DNA from: Octopus bimaculoides
Taxonomy: Eukaryota
NCBI RefSeq assembly: GCF_001194135.2
Contig: NC_068986.1
Location: forward strand, 74,191,884 to 74,255,883
Direction: 5' to 3'
DNA: 64,000 bases
Part shown: positions 51,321 through 64,000 of the stretch, piece after piece
Position numbering within the stretch: position 1 is the first letter of the stretch
Layout: every line of letters starts with the position of its first letter
Translations under genes and position numbers: made by a program
The notes under the pieces: generated by a model
What the model was told of the DNA's origin: nothing
Database searches by the model: none
Seen by the model: the letters and a program-made list of their open reading frames with translations, nothing else

Positions 51321-52859
51321 GTAATTATCTCCACAGTCCTTTGCAAGTGTGTTTCTCTTTCTAGTTTGAATAGATTTTATTTGTAATACCTTAAGTCAAA
51401 ATAGAAGAAGGGGAAGCAGCATGTATTGTCTTTAGAAAAAGCTCCAAGACTGACAAGTGTAAGTAAAGAAGGAGGCACAAGTCACAGATTAATGCTCATT
51501 ACCAAATAGAAATTAAAATTTTTAAGTACCTTATTTTCTAGCATATAAGCCAAGCCAAATTGTTCAGACCAAAATATACTGCATAAAAAAGGTAGACAAA
51601 CTTTATACACTGTGACAACTTTGAAAGACCAAAAATTCCATGCAAAATCCAGCAGGATTTGGAAAGATGGTAACTACAGCATAGAACAAAAATTTTAGTT
51701 ACTTGTTAATTTCCGTTATAATTACATTGTGTTCATATTGATGTGCAATTATAATCATAAACCACTCAATCATTTTACTATAGCAATTTGTATGCTGGAA
51801 AATACAGTATCACAGCTAGACATTAGTGAACTTAGGTGGGTTTCACAAGATCCTGTGTTTGCTTTAGTCACCAATCATGAACTGTAACAAAATTTAGAAG
51901 GTATTTAGTACCAACTTGATTTTTTTAAAACTTTGATTTCTTCTGTGTTAGTTAGAAACAAGACTCAGTATTTAGTGCAAAGAAAGAACTAATGATAAAA
52001 ATATTGAATATATCTTTTGAAAAATTCCTAATGCATAAAATGGAACCATTCCTTCCACTAGCTAGGAATCTATCACTGAATTATGATATAGTGTCTATTC
52101 TATTGTCATCAAACCTTGATTTACTTGACATAACTGGTAATACAGCTATCACATGTTACATATTTATTTAATATTTGCTATGTGGATATGAGTGAAACAG
52201 GTGATTGTCTATAGATGATAGTGAGTAGTAGATTCTCTGTTAGATTTAATGGTAAGCATTCAGTTGTTCAATCAATTAAACTTCCTAATCATCAAATTAA
52301 GGGATAAGTGGCTAAGTATTCTACAGACATGTATATTGTTAACCTGGTAACGCAGCTCTCAAGCTAAATCAGCAAGACACAATATGTAACAAAGTTGGAT
52401 CTTTGAATTACACGTATGATGAATCTGATGGACCTTCTCACAGTATCTGCTTCCCTAGTTTCTCTCAGAAGTTTCAATCAGTCTAAGGTTAAGGCAAAAC
52501 ATGCATGTAGAAGATGCTGCATAAAGCGACTGAACGCTGTACGTCATGATTTATGATTGCAAAGCAAACTTTGTAATACCTCAGGCATGTCTGTGTCCAC
52601 TGTATAAATAAAATATCAAATACAATTGCTTATTTCTAGAATGACATTGTATGGTCAGTATGAGAGGCTGGATCTGGCTGGTTTTCATGTAAAACAGGCA
52701 GAATATTTGGACTGAGTATATAGCCAGCTTAAATGCTAAAGGTTTAAATTATATTTTCAAAAATCTGTTGTGACCTAGAAACCCTTTCATGGTGTGTCAG
52801 TGTTCTGAGTTACATCTAGATACCATTTATATTACACATGTGCAAAGATGCATGCCTGG

Positions 52860-53110
52860 ATTCTACTTTTGCTGTACCAGTGCATTGCAGAACACATAGT
52901 TAATGCATGTACTGTTCCAGTGCACCATAGCACACATAGCAACTCCTTTGTACTGCATCCATGCACTGGAGAACACATGGATAATGCAACTTGTGGGGCA
53001 TTAGTCCAATGCAGCACATCTAGATTCCCCTTGCACTGCATCATGCATAGATATCGCTTATCCTGCACCAGTGCACTGCAGTACATACATATAGATACTT
53101 TTGTGCTGCA
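52860..53110. repeat. Degenerate ~40-42-bp TGCA-rich minisatellite
   Basis: CCAGTGCA(C/T)TGCAG(A)ACACATAG-like blocks at 52877, 52917, 52959, 53001 and 53068. Confidence 0.7.
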
Positions 53111-53819
53111 CCTGTGCCACACGACTTATTATCTGAGAACTACTTTAACTGTGTGGTAAGAAGCTTGCATCCCAACAACATGGTTCTGGGTTCAGTCCCA
53201 TTGCGTGGCACCTTGGACAAGTGTCTTCATCTTTAGCCTCAGGCCAACCAAAGCCTTGTGAGTGAATTTGATTGACTGAAACTGGAAGAGACCTGTCGCG
53301 CGCGTGTGTGTGTGTGTGTGTGTGCGTGTGCGTGCATGCGCGCATGTGTGTGTGTATGCGTGTGTGTCAAGAGAGCATATTGTGGGTATGGCAAATTCAC
53401 TATAAACATTAACCTCACTCATTAATTTAATCACAAATCTTAATGGAAAACCTTTGTTATACCCCTGCTTGAAATTTGGTGGCCTTGCGTGTGGAAGCAC
53501 ACCCAATGCAAAAACCACCATATGCCACTGATATGTGTGAGTGTGTGTGTGTGTGTGTGTCTTTGCATTTATATTTGCATTCTATCATCTCTTGACAACT
53601 GCTGTTGGTGTGTTTATGTCTCTCTAACTTAGTAGTTTGACAAAATAGATCCATTAGAATAAATACTGGATTTGATTCATTCAACCAAAAATTCTTCAAG
53701 GCAGAATCCCTGCATGGCCACTGTTTAATGACCAAAACAAGTGAAAAAAAAGAAAAAATGGATATAAAAATCCATTTCCAACTGTGACAATTAAGTTTGG
53801 TTGTTTTCATTATTTATAG

Positions 53820-53959
53820 GTGTTTCGTGCCATTCCGAACTCTCAGATATCTCCTGCGACTATGCACTGCCCCCTGATGATACTTCCAGCAAGAGTGATT
53901 CAGAGAGTTCGGAACCTGAACAAAAAATACTCAAATATGCGACAGACAGTCGTAAACAT
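53820..53959 (+). CDS. PLEKHH1/2: PLEKHH1/2 coding exon (GVSCHSELSDISCDYALPPD...SESSEPEQKILK...RKH)
   Basis: TTTATAG acceptor, CAT|GTAAGT donor, phase 1/0; DYALPPD and SEPEQK match the family motifs DYAIPPD / SEPEHK. Confidence 0.92.
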
Positions 53960-54569
53960 GTAAGTTGCATTTTTTCTTATCTATTTGAGGGAAATTGATT
54001 TAATAATCACTGTAATTAATTATTGATACAGTCCCCTTCTTTGTTTGCTGTTCAATACATTACCTGTGTCCCTATATTCCCTACCCCTACCAATCTGTCA
54101 CTCACCTCACATTCTTGTAAATTTACCTGATTGTCTGCTCCCTATCTCCCTCACCTGTACCCCATCCTCATCCACACCCCTCACATTTTCTCTTTTGTAT
54201 CTTGAAGGTATACCTAACATCTCGTCTCCAACATCTTTTCTCCTTTTACAGCTGAGTTAGCTATGTCTCTCCTTGAATGCAAGACACCTGTTCCTCTATC
54301 ATACACCTAGCTTTCAACCCTGAGCATAAGCCACCTCTCTCAATACCACATTCCCATTCAATCAAAGGGTCTTGTCTTGTAAGCTACCTGGTGTCTTCAC
54401 ATGTGATACAAAACGAAAAGCACCCAGTACACCCTGTAAAGTAGTTGACATTAGGAAGGGCATCTAGTCATAGAAACCATGAAAAATCAGCTCAACATAT
54501 GTCTTCACACTTGATGTACCCTGTTAAACCATCCAGTCATACCAGCATGGAATGCAGATGCTAAAGATC

Positions 54570-54612
54570 CCCCTCCTCCTCTTCCTCCTCCTCTTCCTCC
54601 TCCTCTTCCTCC

Positions 54613-54644
<32 letters not shown>

Positions 54645-54662
54645 CTCCTCTTCCTCCTCCTC
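54570..54662. repeat. (CCT/CTT)n polypyrimidine microsatellite
   Basis: Seen directly. Confidence 0.95.
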
Positions 54663-55451
54663 TCTTTCTCTTGTGTATATTTTTGGTTCTTGTTTTCTTG
54701 ATAACATATGGATACAGTTATGGCCATGTGATTATGAAGTTTCCTTATCATCAATCCCATGACATAGAGTTTGAACGTAATGGAAACTTTGCCACATGTT
54801 TTCTATGAATAAATCTTAGTCCAGCATTGCATTGTGAATAAAATTTGATCAACAGAAAATAAACGCCACCACATCAATGAGTAAATCGACATTTGTTTTA
54901 AAAGCATGTTATTCAGCTGCCCCAACTTTCATAAAAGCACACACACACACACGCACACACACACACACACATTCATATACATATGCATGCACACATATAT
55001 GCATGCAAGGGTGCACAGACACACACTATGAAGTAGTAGTAGTAGTAGTAAGTCCCCTGGACATTAATGTCTTTGAGTACTAGGATTCACTGGGCCAGTT
55101 ACCTGGTTTCTATGGCGTATAAGTGACCGAGATCATGACATAGCCCTTGAACAGCACACCAGTCATAGTTGTGTGGTAAGAAGCTTGCTTTCCAACCACA
55201 TTAGTTCTGAGTTCAGTCCCACTGCATGGCACCTTAAGCAAGTTTTTTTCTACTATATCCTTGAGCTAACCAAACCCTTAACGACTGGTGCTTGTGTGTT
55301 TATATCCTCGTAATCTAGTGGTTTGCCAAAAGAGACTGATAGAATAAGTACTAGATTTACAAAGAATAAATCTTGGGGTCGATTTGTTTGACTAAAACCC
55401 TCTAAGGCAGTGCTCTAGCATGGCCACAGTTAAATGACTGAAGTAAGTTAA

Positions 55452-56138
55452 GGATCTTTGCAGTTTCCATCACTGTTTACAATTATCTTTAAAAATAATT
55501 ATAATGTAATCATATAGATGTAATTTTTGAATCCGAATTTGTTCATTTATTCCAGAAAACTTTTGCAAAAATGTTATATGTGTTCGAAGCTTGATAATTT
55601 TTAGAATTTTCAGCCAATCAGAAAACAGCACGTTCACTGCCTCTTCCATCATCAGAGTGTAGGGCACTGGCATGTCAAAACATTAAACTATCTACAGTAA
55701 ACAAACCAGCAGGAGTTGCTACAAATAAGTCAAAACAGACATTTGTTAGTTAAAGAAATTGAAGAACAAAAGTTTGCAATACACTCTAGGATTTTATATA
55801 ACAAATTATTTTTCTCATATCTCGTTTTCCACATAAATTCACAAAAATAAGAGTCAACCATCAAACTGTGTGTCCCACACCTGCATTTGTTTCCTACACT
55901 CCTTGTGTGCATGCACAGCATCTTTGGTTACTATAGAAACAGATGTGTAAAATACTCACTTCTGATTGGCTAAAATACCCAAAGTTTTCATATTTTAAAG
56001 GCTAATGACTTTTTAATTATGGATTTATAGGAAAAATGAATTTCATTTTTATAATCAGTATACAAAACTTACTCCATAGACCAAATTTGAAAACAATTGG
56101 AACAAAATTGTAAACAGTGACGAAAACCACAAAGATCC
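55452..56138. mobile_element. TIR element, Kolobok-like non-autonomous candidate
   Basis: TTAA|GGATCTTTG..TCACTGTTTACAATT and AATTGTAAACAGTGA..CAAAGATCC; inverted AGCCAATCAGAA boxes further in. On the right, TTAA is 4 nt away from the end. Confidence 0.55.
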
Positions 56139-57303
56139 CAACTTAAAGAATTTTAAAAAATGTATACGGTGGTGCTCCAGCATGACCGCAGCCACATGAT
56201 TGAAACTAGTAAAAGTATATGCACATATATACATATAAATACGCACGCACACACAGTGAAATAAAAATATATGTCTATGTGCAAAGTTGCATCAAAGCAA
56301 ACAACGCTAACTTGTGAAGTTACATAATTTTAAGCAAAAGGTGTATTAAGTCATTTGATAAACAGAGATGGAATAAATAAGTTACGGATTATTAATTTAC
56401 GACCTTATACACTATACCATGCCTTAAACAAGAAACAGCAAGTGCCAAGGGAAATAACTCTGTCGAGAAATATGTATAAATGTAATACAATAATTACCTA
56501 AAAATTCACAGTGTTGTTGTTGTTGTTATTATTTCAAAAGATATTATGTATTCTATGTATTTTAAATATGTGATTATTTCAAAATTTTACCGAATGAATA
56601 TGTTTTTATTATGTTTTTAAAGAAAAACATATGCATGTTTACTGAGACAGACGAGAGATAGAAAGGGACATAATTAAAAATTTGTAGGAGTTATTGCCCT
56701 TAGATAATTCTTCACTTTGCTGTCTTTTCAATTTGTTTTTCTTTTATATGAAATCCATAGATATAAAAAAAATGACTTATCACATGATTATTTCTAATGA
56801 CCTAAAGGAAACAAGAAATCCTAAAGGACTCTAAAGCTGAATATAATTATAGATATTTTATAGCGTTGATGCTGCAGCCAAAAGTCTCTGCTTTCATTAA
56901 TTCACAAATAATTTGCATGAAATAAAATGGAAGAACAAATCTATAATACATAATGTAATATATACATAATANNNNNNNNNNNNNNNNNNNNNNNNNNNNN
57001 NNNNNNNNNNNNNNNNNNNNNNNNNNNNNNNNNNNNNNNNNNNNNNNNNNNNNNNNNNNNNNNNNNNNNNNATATATGCATGCATACATACATACATACA
57101 TACATACATACATACATACAATGGACTTCTTTCAGCTTCTGTCTATCAGATCCACTCACAAGGCTTTGTTCGACCCAAGTCTATAGTAGAAGATACGTGC
57201 CCAAACCCAGCACCATATGGTTGGGAAGCAAGCTTCTTACCACACAGCCATGCCTGCGCCTATGTATAAACTTCCTTTTCATTTGTGTTTATCCTATGAC
57301 TTT

Positions 57304-57691
57304 GTGGAGGCGCAATGGCACAGTGGTTAGGGCAGCAGACTCGCGGTCATAGGATTGCGGTTTTGATTCCCAGACTGGACGTTGTGAGTGTTTATTGAGC
57401 GAAAACAACTAAAGCTCCACGAGGCTACGGCAGGGGATGGTGGCGAACCCTGCTGTACTCTTTCACCACAACTTTCTCTGACTCTTACTTCCTGTTTCTG
57501 TTGTACCTGTAATTCAAAGGGTCAGCCTTGTCACACTGTGTCATGCGGAATATCCCCAAGAACTATGTCAAGGGTACACGTGTCTGTGGAGTGCTCAGCC
57601 ACTTGCACGTTAATTTCACGAGCAGGCTGTTCCATTGATCGGATCAACTGGAACCCTCGACGTCGTAAGCGACGGAGTGCTAACAACAACA
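57304..57691 (+). mobile_element. Full-length tRNA-derived SINE (same head and core as 6320, different tail)
   Basis: Same 5' start GTGGAGGCGCAATGG, (AAC)n tail, 14-bp TSD TATCCTAYGMCTTT with 2 mismatches (57290-57303 / 57692-57705). Confidence 0.9.
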
Positions 57692-57817
57692 TATCCTACG
57701 CCTTTACCAATGTTACCTATTTGTCTTAGTACTGAAAATCTTCCAGTGTATATATATCATTCATTTATTTTTCCATATATCTGTATATTGCCTTGACTCC
57801 TTTTATTTTCATTTTGA

Positions 57818-58030
<213 letters not shown>

Positions 58031-60701
58031 TAGAATAATGCATAGAAAGTAAACAATGAATAAATTGTTAAAAAAAGAAGAAAAAAAAGAAACATGGGTT
58101 GTGGGGCATCAGGTGTACCATTGGTGAATTTCAGGAAGCATAGAAGTTTTGAAGGATGTAGTGTTTCGACAGCTATCTACTGATGCAGGTAGCTTATTCC
58201 ATGCTTCAGCAGTTCTGAGTGTGAAATAATGTTTCCGAAGGTCATTGATGCTGTGTTGAATTTTTATCTTTTACTTGTTTCAGTCATTAGACTGTGGCCA
58301 TGTTGGGGCACCACCTTGGAGAATTTTTTAGTCAAATGAATCGATCCCAGTACTTATCTTTTTAAGCCTGGTATTTATTCTATTGCTTTCTTTTGTCAAA
58401 CTGCGAAGTTACAGGGATATAAATACCAACACCGGTTGATAAGTGATGGTGAGGGACAAACACACACACATATGCATGTATACACACACACATATGCACG
58501 TGTACACACACACACACACACATAACACACACAACAGGCTTCTTTCAGTTTCCTCTTGTCAAATCCATTCACAAGGCCTTGATTGGTATGAAGCTATAGT
58601 TGAAGACACTTGCCCAAGGTGCCATGCAGTGGGACTGAACTGGGAACCATGTGGTTGAGAAGGAAGCTTCTTACCACACAGCCATGCATGCACGTTTAAC
58701 AATTAGTACTGAATAAATATCAAATGCATTTATATTATTTCACATTATTATGTTTGTCCAATGATGTAGTGTTTAAGAGTTAATACTGAATTAATATTAA
58801 ATACATTGATCAAGATGGCAAAATGGCTGAATCAGCAGCTTGCTGGGCAAAATGTTTAACAGCATTTCGTCTGTCTTCATGTTTTAAGTTCAAATTCTGC
58901 CAGGGGTTGACTTTGCTTTCATCCTGTCGAGATCGATAACATAAGTACCAGTTGAACAGCAGGGTTGATGTACAGCTTACTCTTTCCCTGAAACTTGCTG
59001 GCCTTGTGCCAAAATTTGAAACCAATATTAAATACATTTATATTTATCTTATGTTATTAGAATGTATGTCTATATTTTCAGAGTGGTCTTATGATATAAG
59101 TCTTGTTGCTCTGAAATTATTTGTGTTTATCTGTGTACACATACATACAGTTTTATTGTATATAAAATGTGCATTGTTGTTGTGCATATGCATATAAGTT
59201 TGTTGTTCATACCTGTGTAATATTGTGTATATATGTGTAATATTGATTTCAAATTTTGGCACAAGGTTAGTAATTATGGGTGTGGGTGGGTGGGTGTTCC
59301 GCTGGTACTTATGTTATTGTCCCTGAAAGGGATGAAAGGCAAGGTCGACTTCTGTGGAATTTGAACTTGGAACATAAAGACAGACAAAATACCACTAAAC
59401 ATTTTACCTTGCATGCTATTGATTCTGCCAGCTTGATGCCCTGTATATGTGTAATATTGTCGTGCATACATGTATAATTATAATTATAATTATAATAAAA
59501 TATGATAAAATTATAATAAAATATGATAACATCGTGTCTGACACAATCTTAAGAAAATGCTTCTCAACCATTTTTGAAATGGTGTCAGTTCTTTTCTACC
59601 ATATAATAGATTAAATTTAATTCCTTATAGCTTCCATTAGACTCTTTCAAATTCACCATTGCCTTTGCTGCTAGCACCAAACCACCACCATCACTTTTAA
59701 GAACCATTTATCTATCATCTCTTTTGTCTTTCATTCTTTCACATTTCATGTTTCCCTGGCTATATTAGATGAACTATTTGAAATTGTTTCACATCACTTT
59801 CTTTGTGTCTTGTAGATCTCCTGCTGGCTAATTTTCTAAAGTTACTTCATCTTCTATCTTATGGATCACTCCCTAACCAACTTTTAGGTTCTCAGTGTTA
59901 GAATGGTCAAACCTCATCAAATATTAGTCTCTGTGGTGGAATGGCATGTGTGTGTGTGTGTGTGAGCGAGAGAGAGTAGGGGTGGAGTTTACTCACTCTT
60001 GGTTCCACTAAAATATGTGGATCCTGTTGGTTTAGAATTCCCTCTACTAAATATCACTTTCTTTTTTTCTCTCTCTTTTCTTTCCCTTCCTTCCTTCCTT
60101 CCTTCCTTCCTTCCTCTGTTTCTTTCTATCTCTCTCTCCAAAATACCTTGTCAGTGATGAATAAATAATTTCTCAATTTATATCTATGTATAAGCATCAT
60201 GCTTCCATGTCTCAAGGTGGCATGGCTTGCTTTGGACAGGTAATTATGATCCATATCAATTCATACCTTCTAGATGGGCTGGAGCACTATACCTTGTTCT
60301 TGTGTCCCATATATGCCATGGTTTCTATGGTATCCAACCATAGTAACCACACCAAAATGGTTTTTGTTAAGTGGTTGCTATTAGGAAACCTGTATAGAGA
60401 GTATCTGTGTATGCTCATGACTGCATATTCTCAAACAGTAGAACACAGTATTGGTTTATAAACCCAAAAGTTTGATATACTTCATAGTATATTATGGTTG
60501 CATAATGAAATACCATGACCCTACAAGTCATTAATTAATTAAAAATGGAGTACAAACTACTTGCTCACAAGTGATGGCTAAGATAACTACATGCATAACC
60601 TTGTGTATAGATATATGTGTAATGTTGTTGTGTATGTAATATGTGTCCCTAGATTTATTTTGACCTTGAGTTAACTGTTCTGTCATTTTAAGTATGTTTA
60701 A

Positions 60702-60925
60702 TCCTTTAGCGTTCAAATCATTCTGTCAAATGTAATAATGCTTATTTATTCAAATTATCTTGAATTAAACATGCATTATCTTGCAGCTTTGAGATTTCAA
60801 TGAAGTGATAGTATATTTTTTGGAATGATATTATAGAGTAGGTGTGAGAGGCCAGATCTAGCTGGTTTTAACATAAACCAGGTAGAATATTTGTGCTAGA
60901 TATGGCTGGTTTGAATGCTAAAGGG
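60702..60925. mobile_element. TTAA MITE, same family
   Basis: TTAA|TCCTTTAGCG ... TGCTAAAGGG|TTAA; collinear internal sequence. Confidence 0.85.
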
Positions 60926-61503
60926 TTAAATCTTCAATATTCATTCTTTTTTTAAAGTACACAATCATTGGGCAATCATATAGAAAGTATCTCATCGAGT
61001 CTTACTGTTAAATAATAATAAACGTATTGGAGCTTTCTCTGTTTGGTTATCGATTGCCAGTGACCCTGTTATCTTGTAGGTTCCAATAGGCCAGCAAGAA
61101 TTTCCTGAAATGCAAGCACAGTCTGAAAACCTCCATTCTGGAGTTAAGCATGTTCCCTGGGTTGAGGGAGTCCCTTAGAATCCTCACCTGTTGCACTATG
61201 CATAGTTTACAGTACTTGGACCCGTTAAAGCTCCATCCCCTGTCTTCTAGTTACAAAGGTGTGTCAAAGTTTGTCAGTAAATCTAAAACATAGTTCTGGA
61301 AGTTTAATGTAGGTAATATCTGGAAGTTTCTAAGGCTTCCAACCATCTGTAATATCGAATTTTCCCATAAATTCAAGCAACTGAATATGTAAAGCTAATA
61401 ACTATTGTTGGCTTGTTATGTTTTAACACTGTAATATACAACTGAACTGAATGCAATGCCACAACCATGCACTAATTTGCTTCATGTATTATTTATTTAT
61501 TAG

Positions 61504-61590
61504 CATGATGTGTTGAGAAAACCTCAGGGACACATACGTCTGGATATGCAGACCAAGATAAATAAATCACAAGGCCAACTGACCTTTGAG
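61504..61590 (+). CDS. PLEKHH1/2: PLEKHH1/2 PH domain 1, middle exon (HDVLRKPQGHIRLDMQTKINKSQGQLTFE)
   Basis: TTTATTAG acceptor, GAG|GTAAGA donor, 87 nt, phase 0/0; DV(I/L)RKPQG is characteristic of PLEKHH PH1. Not in the ORF track. Confidence 0.93.
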
Positions 61591-61814
61591 GTAAGAGTAA
61601 ATTTTTGTCTTTTATTCTGTGAAAAATCATCATTCAGATTGAAAATAGAGTGACGAAGACTTCCTAAAGGAAAGAATTCTAGATATAGCATCAGATTCTA
61701 GATTAATCTGCTTACATCATTTCAATTTGTCTGATTTCACTCTGTGTATTTTTCTTGGTGAACTTTTAGGTTTGAAGGTTGAGGTATCTCTCTTTCTCTT
61801 TAACTCTTTCTTTT

Positions 61815-62032
61815 ACCTGCTTCAGTCATTTGATTGTGGCCATGCTGGAGTACCGCCTTTAGTCGAGCAAATCGACCCCAGGACTTATTCTTTGTAAGCC
61901 TAGTACTTATACTATCAGTCTTTTTTGCTGAACCACTAAGTTACGGGGACGTAAACACACCAGCATCGGTTCTCAAGCGATGTTGGGGGGACAAACACAC
62001 ACACAAACATATACACACACATACATATATAT

Positions 62033-62075
<43 letters not shown>

Positions 62076-62250
62076 TATACATATATACGACGGGCTTCTT
62101 TCAGTTTCCGTCTACCAAATCCACTCACAAGACTTTGGTCGGCCCGAGGTTATAGTAGAAGACACTTGCCCAAGGTGCCACGCTGTGGGACTGAACCCAG
62201 AACCATGTGGTTAGTAAGCAAGCTACTTACCACACAGCCACTCCTACGCC
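61815..62250 (-). mobile_element. Abundant tRNA-derived SINE with CORE-like CCTTGGGCAAGTG motif and internal (TA)/(CA) microsatellite
   Basis: Head AGGCGTAGGAGTGGCTGTGTGGTAAG..GGTTCAGTCCC on the - strand; near-identical to 32175-32581 and 14990-15418. Confidence 0.88.
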
Positions 62251-62717
62251 TATTATGAAACATTTCTTAGTGTTGAGCATTTCTCTCTCTTTCTCTCTCT
62301 CTCTCTCTTCATATCTTATCAATAACAATAAACGTGAAATTCTGTCTGCCTGTCCGTCTGGGACCCCTGTGTCTCAGTCTACATTTGCTCTACATAGACA
62401 TTATACCTTTTTGGAATAAGGATGATCTCGGGATTGCAAATCTGCCCTTCATTTGGTTCTTGGACATCCAGCATTGGAATCAGGTTTTAATGAAGATGTG
62501 TTATATGCTAACAGTTGAAAATTCAAATTTTAATAGAATTTCAAAAATTTGTGAATTTACAAGTTTTTCATTTAAACTGAATTTAAAATACCATATTGGT
62601 GGGGTACCAATAAATGCTTTATTATTATTGCTCCCTTTAGATTTGGGCTGCCGGCCCAATTAGCCCTCCGCAGGAGCCAACCTAAAAGTCTGCGCAGAGT
62701 GCGGCTTTTAAGCTAGA

Positions 62718-62748
<31 letters not shown>

Positions 62749-64000
62749 TGCATGCATGCATGGGTGGGTGGATGGATGGATTCATTCATTTATTCATTCA
62801 TTCAAATGCAGGTGATATTCAAATCATTTATACTTCCAACATATGTTTCGAAAAAGCATTGAGATTATTCCCAAGGGAATAAAAATGATGTAAAACAATG
62901 CAATCACCTCGTCAGGATAAAAAAAGGAATAAATCACATCAATAAACCATTTTAACTGAATGTGATTCTATATATATATATATAACTGGCACATCATATC
63001 ATAAGGACTGCAATATAAAGGGCTTCATATGTGACACAAAATGTGTTGAAGCTTTTAAACAATCATCATGAGTTTTAATCCAGAATAAAGAAAAACAACT
63101 CTCCTGGCATCTAATGGAAACAGTGATGGTTTATATCAGCTAAATCAGTGGATAAAATTACTGAAAATAAAAGTGTATACTCTGGGGAGCAGTGTTTTCT
63201 AACCTTTTGAATAGGCTCTTGTTTGTTGATGCTTTGCTCCTAGTCAGCTTTGGTTGAGCAGACCTATGATCAAATGTGTTCCCTCCATGATCATACTGTC
63301 TTTTTGTATACCAGGTACCAAATTATGCAATAAAACTGAGGAAGGGGTTGATTTATTTCAAGAAAATTTAGCTGCTGTATCTTGTAGGTTAAGTGAGCAC
63401 ATAAAGGATTCCTAATCAATTTATTTTGTTTAGAGTAGAAGCGTATATTGGATCAGTAGCATAATTGATGGATGGGGGTGAAAGATTACATTCTGTCACG
63501 AGCAATGCTTTTATGAGGTGGCACTTTTGAGTTTGTTGTATAAGTTTGTATAGGCTTGGAGACCTGGTGTGGGGGGGTGGTGGCAAACTCAAGAGCTCTC
63601 CTGAGCAGCATACACTCAAAGCTATGCTACTACTGGTTAGCAGTAAAAGAAATAGAAATGAATCCTGTGCTTTACAAATTCACCAAAGCATTGGCCTCAT
63701 TGAATGTTACTTAACTAATTTTTTAAAGAATTATTTCTGTTTTACTAAGATGAAAATTTCACTTCAAATTAATAGTTTGAAATTTCATGACCAAAATTTC
63801 GTTGGTTCAGTCATTAAAATTTGAATTCAAATTGAAATTCTATAGAAAACTTAAATTTATATTCTAATGTGAGAGAAGCATAAATACATTCTGTTAAGAA
63901 AAACACTTCTAAATTTCAATTTTACTCAGACTTTCTTAGTTTCCATTACCAACCAATAACTTTGATCTTTTATTAGCAATGGTAAGGAGGCAGAACTGTG

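Overview
AT-rich, repeat-dense eukaryotic genomic DNA. The SINE/MITE families and microsatellite load look like a coleoid cephalopod, most likely Octopus (inference). The window lies inside one large + strand gene, a PLEKHH1/PLEKHH2 (MAX-1 family; PH-PH-MyTH4-FERM) orthologue. Nine GT-AG coding exons (380-508, 11536-11889, 20874-21281, 31843-31909, 43014-43120, 51119-51320, 53820-53959, 57821-57931, 61504-61590) join in one open frame with matching phases and end within the first PH domain; the gene continues beyond both window edges. The introns hold: a full-length decayed Ty3/Gypsy element (5080-9701, - strand) whose primer-binding position is complementary to its own LTR rather than to a tRNA and which sits in the loop of a host hairpin; R4/Dong-like and RTE LINE relics; Tc1, mariner, piggyBac, hAT, Helitron-like and Kolobok-like DNA transposon relics; a TTAA-MITE family; modular tRNA-derived SINEs; and several small foldback or tandem elements carrying decayed hammerhead-ribozyme-like motifs. 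Assembly gaps (N) lie at about 18068, 27936-28246, 33534-33633, 37020, 40621, 46356-46543, 47736-48134 and 56972-57070. Most entries in the ORF track are microsatellite or gap artefacts. Boundaries of decayed repeats are approximate.
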